From the NCBI GenBank assembly GCA_963668625.2, contig CAXXKA010000006.1, positions 288,001 through 352,000 on the forward strand: 64,000 bases of DNA, given 5' to 3'. This DNA comes from an uncultured candidate division Zixibacteria bacterium. GTDB taxonomy: Bacteria > Zixibacteria > MSB-5A5 > UBA10806 > 4484-95. This document shows, piece by piece, positions 39,995 through 55,482 of the stretch; positions within the stretch are counted from its first letter, which is position 1; the number at the start of each line of letters is the position of its first letter. Made by a program: the position numbers and the translations under genes. The notes beneath the pieces are model-generated. The model was not told the origin of the DNA, searched no databases, and was given only the letters and a program-made list of their open reading frames with translations.

Positions 39995-41395
39995 TTAACT
40001 GAAATCCTTGCCTAATAGTATCACCGCTAAAATCACCGCTAATATCGCGATCGGGGCGGTAAATCTTATAAAGAATCTGAACATCTTATATACGAAAGTA
40101 GGATTTCCGTTTTTATCATACATTCCCAGTTCTTTCTCGACAATCTTTTTATCCAGTGTCCAGCCGACGAATATAGTAATTAATAATCCGCCCACCGGCA
40201 ACATCCAGTTGGCTGCGAGATGATCGAGGGTGCTTAATATACCCTCTTTGCCGGGGCCAAATATCGACCAGCTCGATAGAAAGCCAACCGCGCCAAGCGA
40301 TAACGCCGATAGTATAGAGACAAAATATGCCAGACCAGCGCCAATTAAAGTTGCCGTGTGGCGTTTTACGCCTAGCTTATCGATGAATAGTGATACTATC
40401 ACCTCCAGCAAAGAAATAGTGGAGGAGAGGGCGGCGAATGCCACCAGTATATAAAATATCGGGGCGATTATCGGTCCGAATGGAATGTGAGTGTAAAGCA
40501 AATCGGGAAGAGTGATAAACAGCATTCCAACGGTCGAACCGGATACGCTTTCAGCCACCTGTGGAACCGAGAATATGATCGTATACATGATTATACAGGC
40601 GCATATAGCGACGAAAGTATCCAGGAAAACCACCATAGTCGCGTTGCGTGCAATCGATTCTTTTTTGCTGATATATGAACCGTAGGTTATCATCACGCCC
40701 ATACCCAGCGATAGAGTAAAGAATGCATGACCAACTGCCTCAAGCACTCCCTCCCAGGGAAGCTGTCCGAAATTCGGCCTGAAAAGAAACTGGAAAGTTT
40801 GTTCGCGGCCGGGTAGAAACATGACCATAATTACCAGGTAAATAAGTATTAAAAACAAAATCGGCATCAGTATTCGTGTCGATTTTTCGATACCCTTGTT
40901 AATTCCGCGCCAGACAATGAATGCCGTGGCGGACAAGAACAGGAATGAGAGTAACAATTGAAGCCGGCCGTTGCCGATGAATTCACCGAAAGCGGTATCC
41001 GGCGGTTTGACATATCCGGAGATACTCCATCTGATGCAATCTATGAATGAGGTTATTGTCCAACCGGCTATAACCGAGTAATATCCGAGGATGACGAAAC
41101 CGGTGAGCACTCCCAGCCAGCCGACCAGGCTCCAACCTTTGGTGCTGATTTTCTCGAATGCCGGCACAGGGCTTTCCTGTGTTTTGCGGCCGATCAGTAT
41201 TTCGGCCATCATGATAGGCCAACCGATAAGCACCACGCTTATCAGGTAGACTATAACGAATGCGCCGCCATTGTTATGCCAGGTGATATAAGGGAATTTC
41301 CACAGATTGCCAAGGCCAACCGCACTGCCCGTGGCTGCCAGTATGAATCCGATTTTACTGCGCCAATGATCTCGCTCTGTTTGTTGCATCCTCAC
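39995..41395 (-). CDS. Neurotransmitter:sodium symporter (NSS/LeuT) family transporter
   Basis: W.SK.GFILAA.GSAVGLGNLWKFPY, GGAF, FFTLSLGMG..ITYGSY, AALSS.ISLLE. Confidence 0.95.
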   Translation of the reverse strand: MRMQQTERDHWRSKIGFILAATGSAVGLGNLWKFPYITWHNNGGAFVIVYLISVVLIGWPIMMAEILIGRKTQESPVPAFEKISTKGWSLVGWLGVLTGFVILGYYSVIAGWTITSFIDCIRWSISGYVKPPDTAFGEFIGNGRLQLLLSFLFLSATAFIVWRGINKGIEKSTRILMPILFLILIYLVIMVMFLPGREQTFQFLFRPNFGQLPWEGVLEAVGHAFFTLSLGMGVMITYGSYISKKESIARNATMVVFLDTFVAICACIIMYTIIFSVPQVAESVSGSTVGMLFITLPDLLYTHIPFGPIIAPIFYILVAFAALSSTISLLEVIVSLFIDKLGVKRHTATLIGAGLAYFVSILSALSLGAVGFLSSWSIFGPGKEGILSTLDHLAANWMLPVGGLLITIFVGWTLDKKIVEKELGMYDKNGNPTFVYKMFRFFIRFTAPIAILAVILAVILLGKDFS

Positions 41396-41780
41396 TCCTC
41401 ATCGTACGAATACTGTATTTCTCAAAATTCGATTTAAAGGCAATAAACCGGCTAAGAAAGAGCTTATTTCAAAATTATTTAGCTGGAATATGATTAAATA
41501 ATTAATTGCATTTTTTGTCAAGACATTTCCCGAGACTGGCTGACATGAAGCATTTGCGAGGGAAACTGATAGCTTTTTGTAATTATTTATCTCATTTTGG
41601 AACAATCATTCAGGGGGAAGTGTTAATAATAGCGTTTAGTATACTATTATAGACCGCTGGAGTGATTATTGGTGGCCGGGGGTAGTTGCATATAAGTCGT
41701 TGTATTAATTGTCAGTTATGCCGGTTAAGCAATTGACTTGCCAACCGATAAAAATATTTATTGATAGGGTGAAAAAGTCC

Positions 41781-41808
41781 TTGACAGACTTTTGCTTATT
41801 TCTATATT
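41781..41808 (+). promoter_or_regulatory. sigma70 promoter of tRNA-Thr/tuf operon
   Basis: TTGACA-N16-TATATT. Confidence 0.6.
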
Positions 41809-41856
41809 GCAGGTCTGTCTATTAGAGGGGTTTTACTCCTCTGAATGGATCAGTAC

Positions 41857-41929
41857 GCCCATGTAGCTCAGTAGGTAGAGCACATCCTTGGTAAGGATGA
41901 GGTCACCAGTTCAATCCTGGTCATGGGCT
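41857..41929 (+). tRNA. tRNA-Thr(GGT)
   Basis: GCCCATG/CATGGGC acceptor, CATCC-TTGGTAA-GGATG anticodon arm, TTCAATC T-loop. Confidence 0.96.
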
Positions 41930-42018
41930 TTTTAGAGTTTTAAAGTGTTAATCAAACCGCAAGGGACTATGGCCGAGGCGGTTAAGGCTTTGGATAAACA
42001 GGCAGGAGAAAAGTACGG

Positions 42019-43227
42019 ATGGCGAAGGAGAAATTTGAGCGTACGAAGCCGCATGTTAATGTAGGCACGATAGGTCACGTGGATCATGGCAAGACCACTT
42101 TGACGGCGGCGATCACGATGGTTTTGGCTCGCAAGGGTGGAGCCAAGGTAAGGGACTTTGATTCGATTGATAACGCTCCTGAAGAGAAAGAGCGTGGCAT
42201 AACGATTGCGACTGCTCACGTGGAGTACGAGACGGATAATCGTCACTATGCTCACGTCGACTGTCCTGGTCACGCCGATTATGTAAAGAACATGATAACC
42301 GGCGCCGCCCAGATGGACGGTTCGGTACTCGTTGTCAGCGCAGCTGATGGTCCGATGCCTCAGACTCGGGAGCACATCTTGTTGGCTCGTCAGGTTGGCG
42401 TACCTTACATCATCGTTTACATGAATAAGGTAGATCAGGTTGACGACCCTGAGCTTCTGGATTTGGTAGAGTTAGAGGTACGAGATCTTTTGAGCCAGTA
42501 CCAGTTTCCCGGCGATGACATTCCGATCATTCGTGGTTCGGCCCTTGAGGCGATGACCAAAGGTTCGGATCCTAACACCGCTCTTGATGATCCTGCTTTC
42601 CAGAGCATTTACGAGCTTATGGAGGCTGTTGACACTTATATTCCCGAGCCGAAGCGTGACACGGACAAGCCTTTCTTGATGCCTGTAGAGGATGTTTTCT
42701 CTATCACTGGTCGGGGTACAGTTGGAACCGGTCGTATCGAGCGTGGCATAGTCAAGGTTGGTGATCCTGTTGAGCGTATCGGAATCCGCGAGACCAAGAA
42801 GACGGTTTGCACTGGTGTCGAGATGTTTCGGAAGATGCTCGATTCGGGTCAGGCCGGCGATAACGTAGGTTTGCTTCTTCGCGGTATAGACAAGACCGAT
42901 CTTGAGCGTGGTATGGTAATCGCGGCTCCCGGCAGCGTAACTCCTCACACGAAATTCAAAGGCGAGGTTTACGTTCTTACGAAAGAAGAGGGAGGCCGTC
43001 ACACTCCGTTTTTCAATGGCTACCGTCCGCAGTTTTATTTCCGTACGACTGATGTAACGGGTACGGTACAGTTGCCAGAAGGCGTAGAGATGGTCATGCC
43101 CGGTGATAACGTGACCGTGGTAGGAGAGCTCATTACCCCGATCGCCATGGAAGATGGTTTACGTTTCGCGATACGTGAAGGCGGACGTACCGTAGGAGCC
43201 GGCGTTGTCGGTGAAATTATAGAGTAA
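42019..43227 (+). CDS. tuf: Elongation factor Tu, copy 1
   Basis: [26 protein letters not shown]. Confidence 0.99.
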   Translation: MAKEKFERTKPHVNVGTIGHVDHGKTTLTAAITMVLARKGGAKVRDFDSIDNAPEEKERGITIATAHVEYETDNRHYAHVDCPGHADYVKNMITGAAQMDGSVLVVSAADGPMPQTREHILLARQVGVPYIIVYMNKVDQVDDPELLDLVELEVRDLLSQYQFPGDDIPIIRGSALEAMTKGSDPNTALDDPAFQSIYELMEAVDTYIPEPKRDTDKPFLMPVEDVFSITGRGTVGTGRIERGIVKVGDPVERIGIRETKKTVCTGVEMFRKMLDSGQAGDNVGLLLRGIDKTDLERGMVIAAPGSVTPHTKFKGEVYVLTKEEGGRHTPFFNGYRPQFYFRTTDVTGTVQLPEGVEMVMPGDNVTVVGELITPIAMEDGLRFAIREGGRTVGAGVVGEIIE

Positions 43228-43237
43228 GAGGTTTACA

Positions 43238-43402
43238 GTGGCTAAAGATAGACGACGCCCGACGGTAATTCTTTCTTGCAATACCTGTAAAGAAAGAAAT
43301 TACACGACGACGAAGAATAAAAGAAAGCATCCGGAACGTGTAGAGTACAAAAAATACTGTCCTAGATGCGATAAGCATACAATGCACAAGGAATCAAGAT
43401 AA
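43238..43402 (+). CDS. rpmG: 50S ribosomal protein L33 (zinc-binding type)
   Basis: Read manually: [54 protein letters not shown]; not in the ORF track. Confidence 0.93.
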   Translation: MAKDRRRPTVILSCNTCKERNYTTTKNKRKHPERVEYKKYCPRCDKHTMHKESR

Positions 43403-43412
43403 AAAATTAAAC

Positions 43413-43486
43413 AGGACAGTAGCTCTAATTGGTAGAGCGCCGGTCTCCAAAACCGGATGCTGGGGGTTCGAGTCCCTCCTGTCCTG
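43413..43486 (+). tRNA. tRNA-Trp(CCA)
   Basis: AGGACAG/CTGTCCT acceptor, CCGGT-CTCCAAA-ACCGG, TTCGAGT T-loop; canonical place before secE. Confidence 0.96.
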
Positions 43487-43498
43487 CTTGGAGCTTTT

Positions 43499-43684
43499 AT
43501 GATTAAAAAGATAACGAAATACTTTAAAGAGACCAAAATCGAACTGGCAAAAGTAGCTTGGCCGACAAAACTTGAACTTCGTGATTCAACGGTAGTGGTG
43601 GTTGTCCTGACTATTCTTATGTCCGTCTTTATTGGCGTAATTGATTACGCGCTCTCGCGTGCATCAACAATAATTTTTAGGTAA
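43499..43684 (+). CDS. secE: Preprotein translocase SecE
   Basis: ELAKVAWPT motif plus one TM helix. Confidence 0.93.
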   Translation: MIKKITKYFKETKIELAKVAWPTKLELRDSTVVVVVLTILMSVFIGVIDYALSRASTIIFR

Positions 43685-43690
43685 GTGATT

Positions 43691-44221
43691 ATGGCAATGC
43701 GTTGGTACGTGGCTCATACTTACTCCGGGCATGAGTACAAAGCTAAGAAGTATCTTGAGAGCGCCATCGAGTCCACCGATTTTCAGGACTTGTTCGGCCA
43801 GATCCTGGTTCCGACTGAAGAGATAGTCGAAATGAAGCAGGGGAAAAGGTCTACCTCGGTAAAGAAATTCCTTCCCAGTTATATACTGGTTGAAATGGAG
43901 TTAAGCAAGGAGACCCAGAATTTGGTGACCTCCACGCCGGGTATTACTAATTTCGTTGGAGCTTCTGGTAAGCCGGTACCTCTTCGTCAGGCCGAGGTTA
44001 ACAGAATCCTTCAGCAGGTAGACCGCTCCAAAAACAGGGATGTGTTGGATATTCCCTACAAAATCGGAGAGGCGGTTAAGGTTGTTGATGGTCCGTTCGC
44101 GGATTTCTCCGGTACCGTAAGCGAGATAAATCCCGAACGAAGGAAATTAAAAGTTATGGTCTCGATTTTCGGCCGTCCAACGCCGGTCGAGTTAGATTAT
44201 CTTCAGGTAAAAGCACTTTAA
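43691..44221 (+). CDS. nusG: Transcription factor NusG
   Basis: WYVAHTYSGHE, PSYILVEM, KOW GPFADF.G, IFGRPTPVEL. Confidence 0.97.
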   Translation: MAMRWYVAHTYSGHEYKAKKYLESAIESTDFQDLFGQILVPTEEIVEMKQGKRSTSVKKFLPSYILVEMELSKETQNLVTSTPGITNFVGASGKPVPLRQAEVNRILQQVDRSKNRDVLDIPYKIGEAVKVVDGPFADFSGTVSEINPERRKLKVMVSIFGRPTPVELDYLQVKAL

Positions 44222-44243
44222 TAATAAGGTTTAAGGAGCTATC

Positions 44244-44666
44244 GTGGCTAAAAAAGTAGTTGGTATGGTAAAACTCCAGATTCCTGCTGGAAACGCCACA
44301 CCTGCGCCGCCAGTCGGACCGGCTCTCGGTCAGGCGGGCGTAAACATCATGGAATTTTGTAAAGCCTTCAACGCTCGAACCCAATCGCAGAGCGGGATGA
44401 TAATTCCGGTTGTCATCACTGTCTACGCTGATAAATCTTTCACGTTTATCACCAAGACGCCGCCGGCCGCCGTTTTATTGAAAAAGGCCGCCAAGCTGCC
44501 GAAAGGATCGGGCGAACCGAACAAAATCAAGGTGGGCAGGGTGACCAAAAAGCAGGTCGCGGAGATTGCCGAGCTTAAGATGGAAGATCTCAATGCCAAC
44601 GATATCGAGATGGCCTCAAGAATGATTGAGGGCACTGCTCGTAGCATGGGTATCGAGATTAAGTAA
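44244..44666 (+). CDS. rplK: 50S ribosomal protein L11
   Basis: [21 protein letters not shown]. Confidence 0.98.
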   Translation: MAKKVVGMVKLQIPAGNATPAPPVGPALGQAGVNIMEFCKAFNARTQSQSGMIIPVVITVYADKSFTFITKTPPAAVLLKKAAKLPKGSGEPNKIKVGRVTKKQVAEIAELKMEDLNANDIEMASRMIEGTARSMGIEIK

Positions 44667-44736
44667 AGCAAACCATCAAGAAAAAATTTCACTCTAATTT
44701 AAAAATGGTCGTTATGGGGAGACCAGGGAGTAAGGT

Positions 44737-45438
44737 TTGAAACGAGGAAAACGCTACGAAGAGGCAGCCGCGAAAGTTAACAGGCAGGAAGTCTATACCC
44801 TTGATAATGCCTTGAAACTTGTTCGCGATGCAGCCAATGCAAAATTCGATGAGACAATAGAGGTCTCATGCCGCCTGGGAGTCGATCCCAGAAAGGCGGA
44901 TCAGATGGTACGCGGCACTGTTGTGCTGCCGCATGGTACCGGTAAGTCGGTAAGGGTTCTGGTACTAACGAAGGGTGAGAAGGCCTCCGAGGCCACCGAG
45001 GCCGGCGCCGATATGGTCGGCTCCGATGAGTATATCGAGAAAATACAGGGCGGCTGGGCCGAGGTTGACGCTATCGTGGCGACCCCGGACATGATGAGCA
45101 GTATCGGCCGTCTGGGTAAAATTCTCGGTCCGCGTGGTTTGATGCCGAATCCAAAAGCCGGTACGGTGACACAGGATGTTGCCAAAGCGGTGAAAGAATT
45201 GAAAGCTGGTAAAATCGAATACCGTGTTGACAAGACCGGTAATGTTCACTGTGGCGTAGGTAAAATGTCGTTCAGTGACGATCAGCTTACGGAAAACGTA
45301 AAATCGTTTTTAGGCGCCATTGTCCGGGCCAAGCCGGTCGCGGCCAAAGGTACATATATGAAAAACGCCTCTATCTGTTCGACGATGGGGCCTGGAGTTA
45401 AACTTGACACCGCTGAAGCTATTTCATTTGGCAGGTAG
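44737..45438 (+). CDS. rplA: 50S ribosomal protein L1
   Basis: [29 protein letters not shown]. Confidence 0.98.
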   Translation: MKRGKRYEEAAAKVNRQEVYTLDNALKLVRDAANAKFDETIEVSCRLGVDPRKADQMVRGTVVLPHGTGKSVRVLVLTKGEKASEATEAGADMVGSDEYIEKIQGGWAEVDAIVATPDMMSSIGRLGKILGPRGLMPNPKAGTVTQDVAKAVKELKAGKIEYRVDKTGNVHCGVGKMSFSDDQLTENVKSFLGAIVRAKPVAAKGTYMKNASICSTMGPGVKLDTAEAISFGR

Positions 45439-45445
45439 GTGAGTA

Positions 45446-45967
45446 ATGCCGACACAAGAAAAAGTAAACACAATAGATGTTTTAAAAGATAGATTTGAGA
45501 AATCAAATAGCTACATCATTGCCGATCATACCGGCATTAACGTGGCCGATTTAACGGTACTGCGCCGTGATCTCAAGAAGGCCGACGCTGAATTCAGAAT
45601 CGCCAAGAACACCTTGCTCAAAATAGCGGCCAAAGAAACAGGTCATGATCAGATTAACGAGTATTTCGTTGGCCCGACCTCGATGGTGTTTGGTTTCGGT
45701 GATGCTTCGGTTCCGGCTAAAATCCTTTATGAATTCGCGAAAAAAACTGATATTCCTAAAGTAAAAGCCTACGTTCTCGAAAATCAACTATATACAATTG
45801 AAGAGTTTAAGAGAATTGCCCAGTTACCCGGCCGTGAGCAGGTACTGGCTACTCTGTTGGGCGCCGTAGAGGGCCCGATTGTTAAATTTATTAACATGCT
45901 TGAAGGAACCACCCGTGAGTTTATCGGGTTGGTTGACGCGTTAGCTGAAAAGAAAGAAAACGAATAG
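45446..45967 (+). CDS. rplJ: 50S ribosomal protein L10
   Basis: KNTLL, GPT, LP.REQ; position. Confidence 0.95.
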   Translation: MPTQEKVNTIDVLKDRFEKSNSYIIADHTGINVADLTVLRRDLKKADAEFRIAKNTLLKIAAKETGHDQINEYFVGPTSMVFGFGDASVPAKILYEFAKKTDIPKVKAYVLENQLYTIEEFKRIAQLPGREQVLATLLGAVEGPIVKFINMLEGTTREFIGLVDALAEKKENE

Positions 45968-46109
45968 CGGTTTGCAGAGAAACGGCGAAGCTTCTGGCTG
46001 AAGGGCAAATGCCACCGCCCAACGGTCCGTCCGAGTATCTGTAGGCTTTAGATTATGGTGGCTTCGGTTAAATAGTAAAAGTAGAACTTAAGTAATAGTC
46101 GAGGTTAAG

Positions 46110-46481
46110 ATGTCTGGTAAAGTAGAAGAAGCATTTGAGATCATCAAGGGAATGACTGTATTGGAACTTTCCGATCTCTCAACGAAAATGCAAGATGAAT
46201 TCGGTATTACCGCTGCTGTCGCGGCCGCTCCCGTAGCTGCTGCCGGCGCCGCCGCCGTTGAGGAAGAACAGACAGAGTTTGATGTTGTTCTCGAAGCTGT
46301 TGGCGATAAGAAGATTCAGGTTATCAAAGCCGTACGTGAGCTCACCAGCCTGGGCCTGAAAGAGGCGAAAGAGGTTGTTGACAGCGCTCCGAAAGCGGTT
46401 AAAGAAGGTGTTTCCAAGGAGGACGCAGAGGCTGCTAAGACCAAATTAGAGGAAGCCGGCGCTTCTGTTCAAATAAAGTAA
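46110..46481 (+). CDS. rplL: 50S ribosomal protein L7/L12
   Basis: [18 protein letters not shown]. Confidence 0.98.
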   Translation: MSGKVEEAFEIIKGMTVLELSDLSTKMQDEFGITAAVAAAPVAAAGAAAVEEEQTEFDVVLEAVGDKKIQVIKAVRELTSLGLKEAKEVVDSAPKAVKEGVSKEDAEAAKTKLEEAGASVQIK

Positions 46482-46508
46482 TATAAAGAGCATTCCGGGA
46501 GGAACTTA

Positions 46509-49500
46509 GTGAGTTCTAATAACGGAAACGGACGTGTCTTTTTCTCAAAATTGGACAACGTCCTGGAACTTCCGCATTTGCTGGAGGTTCAAACGCAATC
46601 ATTCGAGGACTTCCTGCAATCCAAAGTCGATCCGGCCAAACGTCTGGATCAGGGACTGCAGTTAGTCTTTACGTCTATTTTCCCAATTACCGATGTCCAC
46701 GAGACTCGGTCTTTGGAATTCGTGCGCTATAATTTTGACGAGCCCAGGTACACGATCGTCGAGTGCCAGGAGCGTAATATGACTTATGGCGCGCCTTTGA
46801 GGGCGACTCTACGACTGATTTCACGCGAGCCCGAGGAGGATGGCGACCCGCAAAACGCCAAGGTGAAAGATATTATCGAGCAGGATGTTTTCCTTGGGGA
46901 ATTGCCGATAATGACCGAGCGGGGAACCTTCATTATTAACGGCGCCGAACGTGTTATTGTCAGTCAGCTTCACAGGTCGCCGGGTGTGTTTTTCGATGAG
47001 AGTATTCACCCTAACGGCAAAAAGCTGTTCTCCGCAAGGATTATCCCTTATCGCGGTTCATGGGTCGAATTCACTCTCGATGTCAACGACATCATGTACG
47101 TTCATATCGATTCCCGTCGAAAATTGACCGCTACCACGTTACTCAGGGCCATCGGCTTATCCACGGATGAGGAACTGATCGCTGAGTTCATGAGGGTGGT
47201 CGATGAGCCTTTCACGGCCAAGAAAGCTCCCAAGCATATCGACCGTTATACCGCCGCTCCTATCATCGATCCGGAAACCGGTGAGGTGATTATCGAGGCC
47301 GGCGAGAAACTGTCGGAGGCCGATGTCACCAAGATGATTGACATGGATATCGACAGCTTAAAGCTTATCGAGATCGACATTTCGAAAGAATCACCGATCA
47401 TCGCTAACACCATCACCAAGGATAAGAAGGATAAAATCCGAAGTAACGAGGACGCCTTACACAGGCTTTATTCGTTAATCCGTCCCGGTGATGCTCCTAC
47501 TACCGATCTGGCCAAGGGCTTGCTCGAGAAGATGTTCTTCAACCCCAAACGTTACGATTTGGGCGATGTCGGACGCTACATGATCAACCACAGGCTACAG
47601 CTGGATATTCCTATCGAACAAACAGTTTTAGATAAAGCTGATTTTATCACGATAGTCAGATACCTTATCGACCTGCGTAACGGTCTGGGTGATGTCGATG
47701 ACATCGATCATCTGGGCAACAGGCGCGCCCGTTCGGTCGGCGAATTGCTGGGCAACCAGTTCTCCGTCGGTCTGTCGCGTATGGCGCGTACTATTAAAGA
47801 GCGTATGAGCCTTCGCGGCGATGAGACGCCGACACCGCACGAACTGGTTAATGCCAGAACGGTGTCATCGGTGATCGATACGTTCTTCGGCTCGTCCCAG
47901 CTTTCGCAGTTCATGGACCAGACGAATCCTCTGGCAGAGTTGACGCACAAACGCCGTCTCTCCGCGCTTGGCCCCGGTGGTTTAACGAGGGAAAGAGCAG
48001 GCTTTAAGGTTCGTGACGTACATCACACGCATTACGGACGTATGTGCCCGATCGAGACTCCTGAGGGTCCGAATATCGGTCTGATAACCTCGCTGGCTTC
48101 TTACGCGAGAATCAACAAATTCGGCTTCCTGGAAACTCCGTATCGTAAGGTCATCAAGGGTAAAGCTACGAAAGAGATCGCCTATTTGACCGCCGATGTC
48201 GAGGACAGGTTCTTTATCGCCCAGGCGAACGAACCTCTCGAAGAAGACGGCAAATTCACTAACGAGATAATCAATGCTCGTAACAAAGGCGATATTATTC
48301 CGATTGACCCGGCTGAGATAGCGTATATGGACGTTGCCCCGGTACAGCTCGTATCCGTGGCCGCTTCGCTTATTCCGTTCCTGGAGCATGACGATGCTAA
48401 CCGTGCCTTGATGGGCTCGAACATGCAACGTCAGGCGGTTCCGCTTCTGATTACCGACTCGCCTGTGGTGGGCACGGGTGTTGAAGGCAAAGCCGCTATC
48501 GACTCCTACGCCGTTACGACGGCAAGGCGTGCCGGTGAGGTCGAGTATGTTGATGCCGAGCGCGTTATTATCAGGCCGATTAAAAAAGGCGTTACCAAAG
48601 AATTCGAAATCGTCGATGTTGACGAATACAGGATGATTAAATACGCCCGTTCCAACCAGGACACTTGTATAGATTACAAGCCAATGGTCAAGCCCGGCCA
48701 AAAAGTGGAGGTCGGACAGCCTATCGCCGACGGCCCCGCTACCGATAAAGGTGAGTTGGCTCTGGGTAAGAACGTGTTGGTTGGTTTCATGCCCTGGCGT
48801 GGATATAACTTCGAGGACGCTATCATTTGCTCCGAGCGGATGATTACCGATGATATCTTTACCTCGCTGCATATCGAGGAGTTCGAGATACAGGTACGCG
48901 ATACCAAGCGTGGAGCGGAAGAAATTACCCGAGAGATTCCCAATGTCTCCGAGGAGGCGCTGGTCAATCTGGATGAGACCGGTATTATCCGCCTTGGCGC
49001 GGAGGTAGAAGCCGGCGATATCCTGGTGGGTAAGGTAACCCCGAAAGGTGAAACCGAGCTTTCGCCGGAGGAACGCTTGCTTAGAGCGATATTCGGCGAG
49101 AAAGCCGGAGATGTTCGTGACGCCTCGCTGAAAGCTCCCCCGGGTATGAGAGGTATCGTTATCGACACCAAGCTTTTCTCCAGGAAGAAACGCTCCGAGG
49201 AGGCAAAAAAGCAGGAACGTAACGAAATCTCCAGGATTAAAAAAGAATTCGGTAAACAGATAGATTACATAATCGATCTGAGAAATGCTAAATTAAGTGA
49301 GTTATTGGTCGAACAAACCGCTCGCTCCATCAGGAGTGACAACGGCGAGATTATCGTTAAACCCGGTACTAAAATCAAGGATGATACTTTCACTAATATC
49401 AAAAGCCGTGACCTGATTACGGATAATGGTTTCTGTGCCGACGACCAATTAAATGATAACGCCTCACAGATTTGCTATAAAGCCAAAGAGCTGATCCTGA

Positions 49501-50300
49501 AGAAAGATCATCAGCAAGAGATAGAGATTGAAAAAGCGGTCAGAGGCACGGAATTGCCTCCGGGCGTCGTGCAACTGGTGAAAGTAAAGATTGCCACCAA
49601 ACGTCATCTCTCTGTTGGTGATAAAATGGCGGGTCGTCACGGCAACAAAGGTGTCGTGTCGAGGATTGTCCCGATAGAGGATATGCCGTATCTGCCGGAT
49701 GGTCGTCCGCTGGATATCATTTTGAATCCTCTGGGCGTTCCGTCTCGTATGAATGTCGGTCAGCTACTTGAGATCCACCTTGGTTGGGCGGCCTCGGAGG
49801 CAGGCATTAAGGTTGCCACTCCCGTATTCGACGGCGCCAGCGAGGAAGAGATAAAAGAGCTTCTGATGAGTACCGGTTTACCGTCGACCGGCAAAAGTGT
49901 CGTTTATAACGGCCTGACCGGTAAAGCTTTCGAGAAGGAAATTACTGTCGGCGCGATGTATATCATGAAATTATCTCACCTCGTTGATGATAAAATTCAT
50001 GCACGTTCGATTGGCCCGTACTCGCTCGTTACTCAGCAGCCTCTGGGCGGTAAAGCTCAGTTCGGTGGTCAGAGATTCGGTGAGATGGAAGTCTGGGCGC
50101 TCGAGGCGTACGGAGCCTCACATATCCTTCAGGAGATGCTGACAGTCAAGTCCGATGATGTAACCGGTAGGTCACGGATTTACGAGGCTATAGTCAAGGG
50201 CGAAAATCCGCCCGAGCCCGGTGTTCCGGAATCGTTCAACGTATTGGTTAAAGAGCTTCAGTCTCTGGGCCTGGATGTTGAACTCGTTGAGAAAGAATAA
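46509..50300 (+). CDS. rpoB: RNA polymerase beta subunit
   Basis: [42 protein letters not shown]. Confidence 0.99.
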   Translation: MSSNNGNGRVFFSKLDNVLELPHLLEVQTQSFEDFLQSKVDPAKRLDQGLQLVFTSIFPITDVHETRSLEFVRYNFDEPRYTIVECQERNMTYGAPLRATLRLISREPEEDGDPQNAKVKDIIEQDVFLGELPIMTERGTFIINGAERVIVSQLHRSPGVFFDESIHPNGKKLFSARIIPYRGSWVEFTLDVNDIMYVHIDSRRKLTATTLLRAIGLSTDEELIAEFMRVVDEPFTAKKAPKHIDRYTAAPIIDPETGEVIIEAGEKLSEADVTKMIDMDIDSLKLIEIDISKESPIIANTITKDKKDKIRSNEDALHRLYSLIRPGDAPTTDLAKGLLEKMFFNPKRYDLGDVGRYMINHRLQLDIPIEQTVLDKADFITIVRYLIDLRNGLGDVDDIDHLGNRRARSVGELLGNQFSVGLSRMARTIKERMSLRGDETPTPHELVNARTVSSVIDTFFGSSQLSQFMDQTNPLAELTHKRRLSALGPGGLTRERAGFKVRDVHHTHYGRMCPIETPEGPNIGLITSLASYARINKFGFLETPYRKVIKGKATKEIAYLTADVEDRFFIAQANEPLEEDGKFTNEIINARNKGDIIPIDPAEIAYMDVAPVQLVSVAASLIPFLEHDDANRALMGSNMQRQAVPLLITDSPVVGTGVEGKAAIDSYAVTTARRAGEVEYVDAERVIIRPIKKGVTKEFEIVDVDEYRMIKYARSNQDTCIDYKPMVKPGQKVEVGQPIADGPATDKGELALGKNVLVGFMPWRGYNFEDAIICSERMITDDIFTSLHIEEFEIQVRDTKRGAEEITREIPNVSEEALVNLDETGIIRLGAEVEAGDILVGKVTPKGETELSPEERLLRAIFGEKAGDVRDASLKAPPGMRGIVIDTKLFSRKKRSEEAKKQERNEISRIKKEFGKQIDYIIDLRNAKLSELLVEQTARSIRSDNGEIIVKPGTKIKDDTFTNIKSRDLITDNGFCADDQLNDNASQICYKAKELILKKDHQQEIEIEKAVRGTELPPGVVQLVKVKIATKRHLSVGDKMAGRHGNKGVVSRIVPIEDMPYLPDGRPLDIILNPLGVPSRMNVGQLLEIHLGWAASEAGIKVATPVFDGASEEEIKELLMSTGLPSTGKSVVYNGLTGKAFEKEITVGAMYIMKLSHLVDDKIHARSIGPYSLVTQQPLGGKAQFGGQRFGEMEVWALEAYGASHILQEMLTVKSDDVTGRSRIYEAIVKGENPPEPGVPESFNVLVKELQSLGLDVELVEKE

Positions 50301-50339
50301 ATTCGAGGGGATATTAATACCTAAGCAAAGGAGCCTTCA

Positions 50340-54413
<4,074 letters not shown>

Positions 54414-54420
54414 AAAGTGC

Positions 54421-54448
54421 TTGACTTGCAAGCCAGCAAGTTTATATT
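54421..54448 (+). promoter_or_regulatory. sigma70 promoter of str operon
   Basis: TTGACT-N16-TATATT before rpsL. Confidence 0.55.
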
Positions 54449-54493
54449 GAGAATCTATTTTTAATTGGTGGCTTTGGAATGATGGAGGATTAG

Positions 54494-54868
54494 TTGCCGA
54501 CAATTTGCCAGTTAATAAGAAAACCGAGAAAACGAATTCTGGAAAAGCCGAAAACCCCGGCCCTCAAAGCCTGTCCTCAGAGACGCGGCGTGTGTACGAG
54601 AGTGTATACATCCACACCAAAGAAGCCGAATTCGGCTTTGCGCAAAGTGGCGCGTGTCAGGTTGACAAACGGTATTGAGGTAACAGCCTATATACCGGGT
54701 GAAGGTCACAACCTCCAGGAGCACTCAATCGTACTGATTAGAGGTGGCCGTGTAAAAGATCTACCCGGCGTTCGTTATCACATTATCCGTGGTTCGCTCG
54801 ATACAGCCGGCGTTGCCGATCGTACTCAGAGCCGCTCCAAGTACGGAGTGAAAAGGCCTAAAAAGTAA
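54494..54868 (+). CDS. rpsL: 30S ribosomal protein S12
   Basis: [22 protein letters not shown]. Confidence 0.99.
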   Translation: MPTICQLIRKPRKRILEKPKTPALKACPQRRGVCTRVYTSTPKKPNSALRKVARVRLTNGIEVTAYIPGEGHNLQEHSIVLIRGGRVKDLPGVRYHIIRGSLDTAGVADRTQSRSKYGVKRPKK

Positions 54869-54883
54869 TTTGTTGAGGTTCTA

Positions 54884-55354
54884 GTGCCAAGAAGAAATGC
54901 ACCGCAAAAACGGGAGAAAATGCCCGATCCCCGCTACAATTTGACTCTGGTAGCCCAGTTTGTCAATAATCTGATGGAACGGGGTAAAAAACAGGTTGCC
55001 GAAAGAATCTTCTATGATGCTATGGATATCATTGAGAAGAAGAGCAATCAGCAGCCTATTGATGTTTTTAACAAAGCTTTGAACAATGTAAAACCCTTAT
55101 TGGAGGTCAAGTCCCGCCGTGTAGGTGGCGCTAACTATCAAGTGCCGGTTGAAGTCAGACCCGATCGCCGTACCGCTTTAGCTATCAGATGGTTGATAAG
55201 CTATTCGGTTTCAAGATCGGAAAAGACCATGGCCGACAAGCTAGCCAGCGAAATCCTTGCCGCAGCCAAGAACGAAGGCGCGGCCATCAAGAAAAAAGAG
55301 GATACGCATAAAATGGCTGAAGCTAATAAAGCGTTTGCGCACTTCCGTTGGTAG
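54884..55354 (+). CDS. rpsG: 30S ribosomal protein S7
   Basis: [24 protein letters not shown]. Confidence 0.99.
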   Translation: MPRRNAPQKREKMPDPRYNLTLVAQFVNNLMERGKKQVAERIFYDAMDIIEKKSNQQPIDVFNKALNNVKPLLEVKSRRVGGANYQVPVEVRPDRRTALAIRWLISYSVSRSEKTMADKLASEILAAAKNEGAAIKKKEDTHKMAEANKAFAHFRW

Positions 55355-55482
55355 GTGGGAACTAGCTTGTATTTAGACGATTCTTTTTACATATTTGGAA
55401 ACTAAATAACCGGATGCGATCCACTGCATTGTTGACCGGAATTTAGTTTCCACGAATGGTCTAAGCAAGCAGTGGATTTTTT

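Noticed and set aside
44705-44730. Small hairpin between rplK and rplA as an L1-binding site
   Set aside because: Plausible but too short to support without a covariance search
47897-47980. Rifampicin-resistance changes in the RpoB cluster I region
   Set aside because: Key Q, D, H and S residues are wild type
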